The position numbers and the translations under genes are program-made. Below the pieces are notes generated by a model. The model saw only the letters and a list, made by a program, of their open reading frames with translations. It had not been told where the DNA came from and ran no database searches. DNA of 62,936 nucleotides, counting the filler, from Corallochytrium limacisporum Hawaii (lineage: Eukaryota; Protista; Pluriformea): the NCBI GenBank assembly GCA_002811645.1. It is 5 parts of 5 records of this genome, joined end to end, with 100 filler letters (N's around TTAATTAATTAA, not from the genome) between each part and the next. Parts side by side here need not be neighbours in the genome. Positions count along the whole stretch, not along the records: positions 29,954 to 53,996 come from PDIP01000265.1; 4 more parts are not named here. One strand, written 5' to 3'. Below are positions 36,525 through 48,675 of the stretch, one piece after another. The stretch's first letter is position 1. Each line of letters opens with the position of its first letter.

Positions 36525-37583
36525 TCACTGCGCCACATGCATGTAAGGGCCGGCCATAGAGAGAATGTTTTGCGGGTCACTGGGATTAGGGAAAGACTGG
36601 GGGATGCCAGGGCAAGTATTGTGAGCGTCAAAGTACGACGCCGGGCAGATGCCAATCTGGTTCCAGTGAGAAGCGGTATCGTGCAGGGGCTCCTGCTGAG
36701 AGACCAAGACAGTGTAAGGTCCCCAGTTCCTCGGTGTTTCTGTAAAGTATGGAACACAGACACCTTGCTCATTCCTCTTGGCCGTGATCACGAATTCAGT
36801 GACGTAGGGACCGTTGTGGACGTACAGGATCTCCTCCTGGTCACAGGCCCAGGTCCCATCATTGAGGCAGAAGGTCATATGGTTCCCGCTCTCGATAGTG
36901 ACTGTTTCGTTGAGGGGAGGGTTGAACAGCTTGCCAAAGCTGGGGTTTTCAAACCAAACCATCATGTTGGGATTGGTCGAGGAGCCGTGAACGGGTACGT
37001 CGTTGTAGATAGTGAACTTGGCCAGATCCGTGGAGTTGTCGATGCCTGTCTTGGCGTTTGCAATGCCTGCCACGTGGTGGATCGCTGGCTGCTTACTGTA
37101 CTTCGGATGAGGACACTGACCTTTCTCGTACGAGGACACATCACAGATGACGAGGGCAACATTGGGCTGAGAATTGGGGTTAGACTGCTGCGAATTGGTG
37201 TAAGGGTAGCCCCAAACAGCAACACTGCCGGTCGGATTGTCCACGGAGGCCACACGAACCATGCATGCTTGAGCAGAGTTGCGGAAAAACTCAAAGTTGA
37301 CAGTCATCTCCTGGGGAGCTGGAGTCTCCAAAGTCAGGGACATGGATTGAATGCCACTGCATTTCATCTCCGGGACCTCCATGCGGAAACTCTGGTACTG
37401 CTGGGAAGCAATAGAGTGTGCCTCCGGATACAAGGAAGGTTGCCATGTAGTCCACATGACAGGCTCAACGTGCTCCCACTGAAGCAACAGGTTGATGTGG
37501 TTGAGAGAGTTGTACACAGTCAAGTGTCCGAAATCATAGTACGGATTACAAGATGGAGAAGACATGTCACAGGAAGGAGCCAT
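36525..37583 (-). CDS. Family A member 2 (352 aa, two tandem domains, no signal peptide)
   Basis: Collinear similarity to 473..1486 and 43910..45238; cacaATGG start. Confidence 0.87.
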   Translation of the reverse strand: MAPSCDMSSPSCNPYYDFGHLTVYNSLNHINLLLQWEHVEPVMWTTWQPSLYPEAHSIASQQYQSFRMEVPEMKCSGIQSMSLTLETPAPQEMTVNFEFFRNSAQACMVRVASVDNPTGSVAVWGYPYTNSQQSNPNSQPNVALVICDVSSYEKGQCPHPKYSKQPAIHHVAGIANAKTGIDNSTDLAKFTIYNDVPVHGSSTNPNMMVWFENPSFGKLFNPPLNETVTIESGNHMTFCLNDGTWACDQEEILYVHNGPYVTEFVITAKRNEQGVCVPYFTETPRNWGPYTVLVSQQEPLHDTASHWNQIGICPASYFDAHNTCPGIPQSFPNPSDPQNILSMAGPYMHVAQ

Positions 37584-39331
37584 TGTGCTGATGGTGTTCT
37601 TTTACGACGCCTTTGTAAATATTAAAGAGTCTTTCGATTTGATGATCTACAGAAATCTCTGGTCTCTGTTCACGGGAGATCGATATCTCTTAAATACATG
37701 TACAAGTAATCGCTTCCACAGGCATCAGGAGACCTTCTCGAAGGTATCCTCACTCACCCATGCACCATCTGGATCCTAAACTGATGCGACATCGTTAAAG
37801 ATTCTCACCTTTGCTCCAATATTGGCGTACCTTTCTGACAAACACGGAGCACAGCCGACTCTGCGGGAGAGGGGGAAGGGTGTTCCGATCGCATCCCGCA
37901 GGTGCCCATCTGCACCAAATTCCACTTTGCCGGTTCCCTGTCTCCGATACCATCCAACCCTTCCGCCACACTTTCTGTAGCGGTCTCCATCTCCGTATCC
38001 GCTGAATCTCTCAGGTGTGGGTGTGAGTTGTTAAAAAGTATACAAATGTCCACCTTCTCAGTAAATGCGCTGCCCAGCCTGGAAACCATCACGTCTGGAC
38101 CAGGCGAACAAGAGCAATTGTGTATGAGTACCCACACCCAACAGCCTTATCTTTAGTCCGCTAGCTTCCATTTTCTGCATCGACTGCAGTCCCGGGGGAT
38201 TGGGACAATGCGGCACGACCCCGAGCACAGATAGGCTTCTGGAAGAGGCATTAATACGTGTCATTGTATATGTGTAGGTTGGGGTAATGCCGCCACTGTC
38301 TTCGATTTCCAGTATAGCTAGTGCTGCTTTACGTGCTCAACCCGATAAGCATTCTTCGGCATGGTAGCTTTGTTTTGGGTGCTGCAGCATCTTCAGCTAA
38401 ACCTCGTAAGGTTTCAACTCCCTTGTTTGTGTGGAGAGTCGTTCGTCTCTATTTATCTGGTCGGTTAGGTGTTGTGTATGTCCGTGCGTGTGACTCTGCG
38501 CAGTCCCTGCGGCGCCGTCCTGCGTGTCGTCCGTCCTCACAGTTGGAAGACAAATATTGAGTCCTGGCCTTTTAAACAATGGAGCACACAACATGGTCGC
38601 ATGTGGCAGCCGTGTTCTGCGCGGATGGGTTGTTAGGGTAGGAACCCGGTGGATCTTCGGGACATTTTCGTTAGCAGCTGTCTACTTAGTTACTTGCATA
38701 CGCGTCCACTGCTTAGACATGTGCATGTTCAGTCTTAGGACTTCCTGCTTGATCACACATTCCCATTGATAGTAACTGGTCCAGCGTGAATGCGCTCATG
38801 TACAAGCCGGAATTTTTGGGCTAGTAAACAAACTTTGCCATGGGGTACAACCCATCACATTGTGTGCTTTCCCAGGAAGATCACCTACGGGAAATTCTCC
38901 TGTTCACATTTATGCGAAAACAACATCTAATTATCCATCTACAGTAACCCTTTGTAGTAAACTATTTACGATTTCCTCGCAAATCAACAGCACTGCAGGC
39001 CATACCTGGTGGACATCAAGCCTTGCGCATGCCGCACAGCAGAGTACGCACCACCCGCGTGCCCGACTGTCGGCTTCCCCCGATCAAAAATAAAGAAAAA
39101 TAAACTCCTAAACTCAATTCCGCATCATTCTCCCATCGTGACAATTTTTTTTTTTTGGCCTCTGCGCCATGTTCCAGCCTCTCCGCCAATCTCTCCCTCC
39201 CTCTCTCTCTCTCTCTCCCTCGTTCTCCCTCCCTCTCCCACTTCCTCTCTTGCTCGCTGTCTCTCTCTCTCTCTCTCTCTCTGTCTCTATCTCTCTCTGT
39301 GTGTCTCTCTCTGTCTCGGTGTGCGTGCGCA

Positions 39332-39391
<60 letters not shown>

Positions 39392-41041
39392 AAATGACGA
39401 AAAAAATTGACCGCCCGACAGATATCGCGGGTTGCATGCGCGCCTGAAGCAGCGCGGAGTTTGCGGTTCGGATGTTTTTCCGTTCGGGCCCCCCTTTTTC
39501 CTTTTTACCCCCCCTCCTCCCGAGGGCTGGGGCCTCCGGAAAAGAAAATTTTCCTCATTTCCCTGGTGTGTGTGGCCTGGCCACTGGGGCGAAGTTTTTG
39601 TCGGCCCCCCCCCCCTCTTTTCTGCCCCGGGGTGGGTTGGTGTCGGAGTTCAGGAGAAAGAGGCCTGAGTAGTAGCCGCGGAGGATGGGGCCCTGGAAAG
39701 AAAGTGGGGGGGGGGGGNNNNNNNNNNNNNNNNNNNNNNNNNNNNNNNNNNNNNNNNNNNNNNNNNNNNNNNNNNNNNNNNNNNNNNNNNNNNNNNNNNN
39801 NNNNNNNNNNNNNNNNNNNNNNNNNNNNNNNNNNNNNNNNNNNNNNNNNNNNNNGGAGAGGGGGGAGAAGGAAACGGTGGCCAGTGCCTTTGCAGGAGTT
39901 TCTGGGCCGGTGGTAGCAGCGTGCAAGTGGGGTGCCGAAGACGTTGATGCACCAGGTTGCGCGCTCGCTCACCAGGGGTACCAGTAGCATCGGGTGGATC
40001 ACTCTCGGATAGATCAATAGTGATGGAAACCAGAGACAGTACCGGAAGGGGTGCGAACGGATCGAGAATGAAAAAATGATTGCTGCACAAGCATGATACG
40101 CACATGGGTGCTTCTAGTGTCAGAAGCATGCTGTGCATGCTGACCTTGCCCATCTCTGCGACCTACCTCATAGATTAGCGAGACGGTCCCATTTGTGCCA
40201 ATTCGATCGCTACAAAACAGTGGGTGTGCTGGTCTTAGTCAAGGTTTTTTTATGGCATTGGGCGGGTCGGAGTGCTGTGAGTGATATCTAGGTATTGACA
40301 GTCATAGGAGATGGTGTGGTGAACAGGACAATCACGGACATGGGCCTAGACGGCCTGGGTAGTCCGAGTCTGGGCGATTTGCTGGCGTCTGGGGGTTGGC
40401 ATCTTGCCGTACGTCTGTACCAACACGGCAAGGGTCTCTGGGTTGACAATATTGGTGACCTGGGATGGGAGGTAGGGGTCGTCGCACCTTGTTGGGATCT
40501 GCAGCATGCTGGTCTTCCTTCTGCTGCTGCAGGCTTTGGACTGCTGATCGCGACAATCCATTAGACTCTGGCTTTGGGCATTGGGTGAATTGTTCCTTTT
40601 CAACGTCAGAGCCAGGCTGTACTTTGGAGAGAACAAAATGGATCCGTCCACCAGCTCCCCGTTGCGGTATGGTGCGGTCCCCGGAAAGGAGCCAAGGGAA
40701 GAGGGCGGGAAGGGAAGACACCCCCTCCCCCACCCCGAACGCAAAGACTCGTCAAGCGTGACGCGGTTCGCTCAAGGTTTACGCGTTCCCCAGGTGTGTC
40801 AGAGAAACTCGGCGGACTCCTCTCCCTCTCCCAGGGGCGCGGGACACCATTCATTGCGCCCGTGCGGGTACACAGCCCACCGGGAAGAATGTGTGACATC
40901 CACTGTTCAATACTGTCTTTCTATTGAGAGAATGATGCACCCATGGACCCATGATCGGCACGGGTCACATCTGTGTGAGAGATTTTCATGAGTGAGCGCC
41001 AGTTTGCTATTGTGCTTTAAGTCACTGTGTAAGACAGTGCT

Positions 41042-41602
41042 TTAAGCCATGGGCTTTGAGCTCACAGCGTCGTCGCGATAGACCTTGGTCATGACTGTGT
41101 CGACAAACCAGGAAACAGCAGCGATAAAGCCTAAGACAGCTGCAGCGATGTAGTCTCCGTTGTCGGGGAAGTCTGAGTCGAAGATGGTCACGTTCTTATA
41201 GTCAGGCAGAAACCCGTTGTAGTCTTTTTCTTCAGTATACGGCCAGTTAGTGACTACAATAAACTTTTTAGTCGCGTAGACGCCAACGAACAGGCAGGCA
41301 AAAATGAAAGAGAGTATGGTCCACAAAACACCCACTCCAAGGTTAATACCCAGTACGTTAGTGGAAACGGAGTCCTTCATAGTGGTATAGACGTATGCAG
41401 CGAGGAGCAGGGCAGCCACACAACCACCAAGAACCGTGACAATAGAAAGACCGTTGCTTCCAGCCTGTTCTGTGGAGTTTAGATCAGACCGGTTCTTCCA
41501 CAGATCTGAGCCGAGTAGCAATCCGGCGGCGATAAAACTGCTTATGATCACGCACAGCTTCACCACAACGTAAGCGAGAGATACACTACTGCGCGAATTC
41601 AT
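41042..41602 (-). CDS. Four-TM MARVEL-like membrane protein (family B, member 3)
   Basis: GLLLGSDL; IFDSDFPDNGDYIAAAVLGFIAAVSWFVD. Confidence 0.82.
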   Translation of the reverse strand: MNSRSSVSLAYVVVKLCVIISSFIAAGLLLGSDLWKNRSDLNSTEQAGSNGLSIVTVLGGCVAALLLAAYVYTTMKDSVSTNVLGINLGVGVLWTILSFIFACLFVGVYATKKFIVVTNWPYTEEKDYNGFLPDYKNVTIFDSDFPDNGDYIAAAVLGFIAAVSWFVDTVMTKVYRDDAVSSKPMA

Positions 41603-43909
41603 CGTGATGTTTGATACTTTTCTCTTGGGTTCCGACAGTTGAGTTTTGCATTGGTGTGTGCTTATGCGATCACACGGAGATTCTCTTCCGGATCGTTTCG
41701 TCCTTTAAAAAGGTATCAGTGGCTCGCCCGGTTGCTCAGGTCAACACTCCTTTTTCATGTCCATGCACAAGTCCAAGGACGTCGAAGGTGAAATTCAGTG
41801 TGGTGTAGATCGACATCCTTTCAATTCGACAAAAGTATTGGTAACGGTGTCCAATGGTTCCTGTCTCTTCTAAACCAACCACCGACACAACCCGCTCCGT
41901 TCTCGGTTCACTTACATCACTTGCCATTTTCGGCGATACAATGAAGCAGATCGAGTTGAAGTCTCCGTCGGCGCAGCCACACACTCTGGTGTGCGCTGGC
42001 GAGTAGTTGCAAACTGTCGAAGGGTGTGGAAGATAGGGGCGTCCGTCTCCCTCTAATTTTCGATGCCGGTGGCCAATTTCACCAAAAATGTTCACCGCAG
42101 TATTTTGGTGAATTTGGGGGGTGGGGACCCTTTCAGAGTCGCGGAGAGCTGGGGGGGCCTTTCAGAGTCGCGGCGGCGCGACCCACCGTTGGTTGTTTTC
42201 GAAGGAGAACCGAGCTGGTCAGAGCTTTCTCCTTCAAGTCCGAAGCCCGCAAGTTTTACTAAAAAAAACCGTAAAAAAGGAAACAAAGGAGAAGGAAAAG
42301 GGAAATAATGCGGGTTTTCTTTTTTCATTGCCGGGCTTCTGCCGACCGCCGTCCGCATCCCCTCCAATGGCTGCCGTGCGGTTTCGTGAATTCGTAGGGT
42401 TTTTGACGTGGTGAAGTGGGTCATGGCGTGCCCGGGCATTGATATACCTTGTGCTTTTAACAAGGCATCAGGCAGCGTGAAACACCTGCCTTGCACAGTT
42501 TCTTTCGTTTGCAGAAAGTGCGGGTTTCTCACTTCTGAGATTTCTCGGTTTATTTCCCCGCAGAAAAAGGCAGAAGAACGTAACTGTTGCCTCGTATGGA
42601 TGCCTTTGCGTGTCAATCTGTGTGCGTCTTGGGTACAGCCCGCGGTGGTTTACAGACGAATCCAAACCGCACGTACCCATGGAAATTCATTCTCATCCTT
42701 TGATGCGTGGGGTGGTGGTCTAGTGGTAGTAACTGAGCCCTGTGCGGCCTTTCTTCAAAAACCAAGGAAGATATTGAACTAGAACTTTATTGGATTGTGT
42801 TCAAGGATTGGTGGCAAAAATCGTTCTCGCAAAAACAATCACGCAGTCCTCGGGTGATGTAGGCCGGCCGCGATTGGCATCCATTCCAACTGGAACCTCC
42901 TCATCAATAAATAGACTTACATACCTGATACCCCTGCGACGGGAACATTATTAGGGCCCGCCGGAGCGCAGAATCAGGATCAGTGATTACTTTTCTCAAG
43001 CCTGAGGAACTTCTACACACCAAGGTTTCACATCACTAACGAAGTGGTCATGTGAAACTTGCCCGTAGAAATCGCCACAAGTGCCGCGAGTTGTCGATCC
43101 AGAAAGACCTTGCACAAACCACAGATGCAACAAATCATCCAGGCTGCGCATCAATCTGAACCAGTTCGTTTTGAATTCCAGTCACACCCACGATCCACCT
43201 CAAACCTGAGAAAAAATGCAGACGATAACCGCGTAAGCTGCCGGGCTAGAATGGCAGAAGCAGAAATCTAGCACCAAACAAAATTACACCGGCCCCTGAC
43301 GGTGCATGCCAGATCACGGCGGGATCCGGGCGCAGCTTAGCAGCATAAGCTGCTGAAACGCCGATATCAGACCCATTTTCCCGGCACCGCGCACAGGACG
43401 GGGCAAATTCGCGGATGGTGACTTTTGTCGACCCATCGCCATCCGGGGCCTCCCCTGTCCACTGACACGGACACGAACAACATCCGAATAAACCCATTCT
43501 ACAGCCCTACAGTTGAAGTTTAGGAAACTACCGAGTCTCCTGCACACTATTAGGATGCCTGAAGATCACAAAAACCGGGGTTGGTCTGGCTTTCTGTGCC
43601 AGACTCCACCCAGCATTCCTGCAGTTCCAAATCAATAGCCAATTTTGATAGAATTATTATACTTTGCTAATTGGGGGCCAATCAGTTGAAATTCGGCTAC
43701 TGGTCATGTTCAAAGCAGGGACCCTAATGCGTAAACGAATGTTTGAATCCAAGTGGGGAGGAGGATCAAGCCAAAATGTCTTCCATCCACATTTATGCGC
43801 CTTTATTATGGATAGAGGAATGTTTCTCTAGCTTGCCCTCTCTCTCTCTCGCAACACAAGGAATCACCGAGACGTTACAAACTCACGCAAGTGGTCATGT
43901 TTGCCTCAA

Positions 43910-45238
43910 TTAGTTGGGCAAGCAGATAGGGTGATCACATTGGGCTTCCTTTTCCGGCTCAACACACATGTTGCGCCTCTCGGCACGACACTGGTTGCCC
44001 TTAGGATCAGAATTGCAAATCGCGCAGGTGCCGACCACGGTGGGGTCGTTGTCATGGTTGAAATAGCAATCGGCACCCACGGCAGCCAGAGTATACTTGT
44101 TGAGCTTGCATCCGTCCTTGTATTGGTAGGGGTTGGCGAGGCTGCGGACGTCCTCCTGATGGACGTGCGGGCAAGTTCCATGCGTCTTGAAGTAATGCTT
44201 GTCGCAGAAGGAAATCCTGGTCCATTGGGAGATTTTTGCCGGATGATTTACCGTGTCCCGGAAAATACTTTCCTGAGTCACAACAACAGAGGAGTAGCCG
44301 TAGTTCTTGGGGGTCGAAACGAAGTGCATGAGGCACTCCTTGTTCTCTTTGTCCATCACAAACTCAACCTCGAAGGTGGTGGCATAGTATCCATTGTGAG
44401 CAACCAGAGTATCTTTGCGGCTGCAGGTGTGGCCACCGATGTCGAGGACAAAGGTCTCATGTGAGTTGTAGGGAATAACGAAGGGATCGATCTCAGACAA
44501 GGGGACATCGAAAAGACCGGCCGTTTCCTCGCCTTGAAACCACACACTGATGTCGGAAAAGGTGGGATTCACCTGGTGGCGGTTGTTTTGGGGAACAGTG
44601 TTGTAAATGGTGAACCTGGAATACGTGTTGGTCTGGGGAAGGGGTTTTTTCGATTCTGGCAACATGAAGCCAGCGATGTTGCGGAAGAACAACTTTGAGG
44701 ATGCACACTCGTCGCCCTCACACTTATCATTGACATCATCGACGGCATCGGTGCCGGACAAGGGGGCGCGGCATCCGTCCTTAGAGAACTCGTCTTTGGT
44801 GCAGAGGACAATGTTGACCTTGGGGTCCATTGTATTCTTCTCTTCAATGTAACTCCACACTGCCACGGCGTTGTTGCTATTGTTTTCCACGCTTACCACA
44901 CGAACCAAGCAGGCGTCAGTTTCTAGGTTGCGGACGAACTCAACTTCTACGTCCAGAGAACCTTTGTCCTTCTTATTCTTACCACCCTGAAGATCGATGG
45001 TCATAGACTCAAACCCACTGCATGTTTCGGGGGGCGTGGTGAGTGTGTACGTCTGGCGGCGGAGGTGGGGAACGATTGCCGGGCCGACAGAGCCGTCCAT
45101 GGGAGGGCTCCAGGTGTGATACATCGCAAAATCACCGGAGTTGTTCCATGAGAGCCAAGCGTCAGCCTTCGGCAGGTGGTTGTGAATAACAACCTGACCT
45201 AGGCTAAAGTAGTTGTTGACGATGTCCAAAGCGACCAT
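43910..45238 (-). CDS. Family A member 3 (442 aa) with C-terminal Cys-rich module
   Basis: Two family-A domains (ACLVRVVSVEN, VAVWSY, FTIYNTVP, AHNGYY) plus the tail GCKLNKYT...CLPN, which resembles the hydrolase repeats. Likely start ATG 45238. Confidence 0.87.
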   Translation of the reverse strand: MVALDIVNNYFSLGQVVIHNHLPKADAWLSWNNSGDFAMYHTWSPPMDGSVGPAIVPHLRRQTYTLTTPPETCSGFESMTIDLQGGKNKKDKGSLDVEVEFVRNLETDACLVRVVSVENNSNNAVAVWSYIEEKNTMDPKVNIVLCTKDEFSKDGCRAPLSGTDAVDDVNDKCEGDECASSKLFFRNIAGFMLPESKKPLPQTNTYSRFTIYNTVPQNNRHQVNPTFSDISVWFQGEETAGLFDVPLSEIDPFVIPYNSHETFVLDIGGHTCSRKDTLVAHNGYYATTFEVEFVMDKENKECLMHFVSTPKNYGYSSVVVTQESIFRDTVNHPAKISQWTRISFCDKHYFKTHGTCPHVHQEDVRSLANPYQYKDGCKLNKYTLAAVGADCYFNHDNDPTVVGTCAICNSDPKGNQCRAERRNMCVEPEKEAQCDHPICLPN

Positions 45239-45660
45239 GTTTATACTTGTTTCTTTAGATCTATTGAATTGATGGTCCAAACTGCTTGTGAGATCTTCCC
45301 TTCGGAGATCTCTCTCTCTCTCTTTAATACCTCTCATGAAACATTGCTAACGCGCTTCTCAGCCTGTGTGTCCCTTGAACCTGTCCGTAGTTTTGATTAA
45401 TGTTCTCACCAACTTTGCAAATTCTTGGCAAAGGAAGATCCAGCCAGGCCATCATTTTTTTGGTTCAAACACACAGAGCTTCCGAGCCGGGGGAAGGGAC
45501 GGCGACCCCTTCCACGACAATGCGGTCTCGTGCGCACGCGTTCACCTGCAAACATTCTCTACCCTCGAGAATGGTGTTGAAATGAAGAGAGCAACCTGGA
45601 AAAATTGGCAGCAGGAGAATCGGAGCGGGTGGTGAGCTTCACAAAGTCCGGCAAATGGCG

Positions 45661-45698
<38 letters not shown>

Positions 45699-45817
45699 GG
45701 AGAGGGGTGGGGAGAGGGGAAGAAGAGCACAAGAATTCTTAGGGCTATGTCAAGAGCGAAGGTTTTGGGCTTGGGCCGGTGGACCGCAATGGGTTGAAAG
45801 GGAGGTCGGAGGGAATG

Positions 45818-45966
45818 CGTACCTCTCTCTACACAGCTCCTACCATTCCGTCCGTACCTCTCTCCACACAGCACCTACCATTCCGTCCGTACCTCTCTCC
45901 ACACAGCACCTACCATTCCGTCCGTACCTCTCTCCACACAGCACGTCCAATCCGTCCGTACCTCTC
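45818..45966. repeat. Minisatellite, 35-bp unit x ~4.3
   Basis: cgtacctctctccacacagcacctaccattccgtc, head-to-tail with no spacers. Confidence 0.93.
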
Positions 45967-48675
45967 AGAACCCAATGCGTCTCTTCTTGTGAATGCCCTG
46001 GAGTGTGTTTCGTCCAGAAGGGTGTGTCCGGTCAACTTGGTTTCCATTTTTCTCTTCGTGGCGGTCTAGGCCTGCCCCGTCCTCCTGCCTATCTGTTTAC
46101 GATGCGATACATTTAGTACAGTTATTCTAGGGTCCCGCGTTACCTCACAAGAACCTAATGCGTATTCTCTTTCCCTGGAGATCCCCACTTTCTTCGCTCC
46201 CCCCGGTTTCTCTTCCCAGGAAACTAGCCACAAACTCTGTACCGACTTTTCTCTTGATGCAGTGGGCAAGCCGCAGACATAGGCTTTTGAGGTCATGATC
46301 TGGACTTCAGGCACCCTTCATCTCGTTTTTGTTTTATTTTGTGAAACTCACAGACTATGAATGCCATGGCCAACGGATCTACTGAGGTTTCTTAGGACAT
46401 CAGCAGACGGTTGGTTGCCATTTATGAACGAAGCCACGAAACATTGCGTCATTACTATTGATGCGCAGAATTCATTTGTGCCGGTGGCGTATGAAACAAA
46501 CTGGGCAAATAACCAAGAATAGGACTCGTACACCAGAAAAATAGATAGCAGTGTGGGCGCTATAAATCGTGAATTGCCGACCGCATGAAACCCATTGGGG
46601 GTCCAGAGTGCTCACGTAGTTGACAGACTTGACGACAGAAAAAAGAGCTCGATCGCGATTGGGGCCTGGGCAGCATTCTTGACTGTTTGCTGCATGGCAG
46701 AGTACCGTCCCATCCCATCCGCGAACAGGTGCGTGAAAAGCGCAGTGTGGGAGTGAGAGTGCCCAGTGCTGGTGGTTTTTTTTCACCGACGTGCCTTTAA
46801 ACACGCGCGTACCGGTTTCTTCCTTGATCATGCCTCTGGTTCTTGCAAGAGCTCGAGGAGAGACCTACTGGTCTGTATTCGAAATCAGTCTGCACCAACC
46901 GATGTGCCGCGATTCCAGTGAGCCCGGGCCCAAAATCTGTGTTTCCAAACTGTTGAGCTTAAATTGCAATGCACTCCGCCCCGCACGCCGCCCCGGAAGA
47001 GCAACGGGGCCAGAGCTGCAAAATTCGCGTCCCCATTCGCGTCCGGAAAGGCAGCAAGGCACAAGAAGGGTTCTCCGAAACGTTCGGGCCGAAGGGGGGA
47101 GGGGGGGCCCGTCAGCGTTTCAATTTTCGGCTCCACACGCTTGCTTACTTCCTGCCACTCTTAAATACACATGACGCCTGCAGGTCACCGTGGACAAAAC
47201 TTTAATATTGACCAGTTAGGATTGCGGAGGTACAATAGGATCATTTAAGATATACGGGAATTTATTAGCAGCACACTTCTGCAGAGCTACCTCTTGATGC
47301 ATGTAACGACGATGGTGCCACCAGGGTCCAAATTCCATGAACGATACCCCAGAACGAAGAGCGATAACTGAAGGCTGCGCTGCTGCGTTGAAAAAAAAAT
47401 TGCAATGTAGCATCCGACCCCAGCGATGCAGTTGTGTGGTACCAGGTCAAGAAAAAAGGCTCCCCGTTCCTTTCGCCACCTTGCGGCAGTGTGCATTTGC
47501 GCGGGAGTTTTGCTCACAACACAGTGCATGGCAAAGTCACGAACTGAATGGGAACTCAAAAGGTGAACATGCGGAGACAGCAAAGGGCACGGCACCGTAT
47601 CATATTCTTGTCAGCTAATTGCTGTGTACTTAGAACCCCGCCCAAACGATAACAGACGTCCGCCATGGTATCGATATCGCCAATGCACACACAAGCACAC
47701 AGTGGGATAAATCAAAACCACTGGTTGTACACAGGTGTGTCCATAGTCATTGGCCAAGTTTTCGATGCCTTGGACCCATACCCGTTGATGCTGCAATATA
47801 TCCCTATCTTGCAATGTCTCTTTTTGTGTCAACCAACAACAAACGCCAATAAATCACACGGCTGGGAAGCACGTAGCACCACGACAATATTGTACAAACA
47901 AACATAATCCGCGCACCACACCGGGTTGGGAGGGACGGGGGGTTAGGGGGTAGTGTGTTAACATGTGCAGTGCGTGAGTACCGTCTCAGAATGTGCTTGT
48001 AGCCAGGGTGGGGTCACCGTCACTTGGTTTCCATGCCTAGGGCACCAAAACCATTTCCTTCCATAAGTGGAGTAGTTGTGCGTACGGTCAAACACGGGAC
48101 GATCGAATGGCCGGGTAGACAGGCACATTGTATCCATTCACAAAGCCTTGAGAATGGCTCTGATGCTCCTTTCTAGTGTATAGTTATTCTCATTTTATGT
48201 TTTAGAGGAGGACGCTCTGTGAGGCGTTTCGAGTACCACCTGCCCTGGCCCTAGGTTTCACTGAGCTGCCTATCCGATCCTTCGTGACGCTTATCAACAA
48301 CCAATTGAAAGCATTCTTTAATGTGTGCACAAGTGTAATAAGTTAAGGCCCGCTTAAAAGGTGACAGGCTAGGACCTTTAAAAGGGAACCAGGGGCTATG
48401 GTCGCTGTGGGTAACGTCCTGCGGGTCAGAGTCCAGGGTACAAGTTTTCCAGCCGAGCAAGCGGTGGCAGTGAGCACGACTGTGTGCCCAAGACACCGAG
48501 ATTACTGTTGTAGGTGTCTTTCGGTGCCCTTTAGGCACGCTCAACAACTGGGAACAATGAAGTAGATCCAGCACTTGGGTCTGCCATGGTGCAAATCAAG
48601 AGAGTAATGGAAAATTGATACCGACACGTCACATTCACACATTTTCCGATTGGAGTTGTATCAACCGGCAGTCTC

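Noticed and set aside
36447-37625. 392-aa plus-strand ORF (also 57634-58404, 59200-59928, 43901-44464)
   Set aside because: Antisense shadows of well-supported minus-strand genes.
45818-45966. 35-bp repeats as a CRISPR array
   Set aside because: Head-to-tail units without spacers, no cas genes, eukaryotic context.
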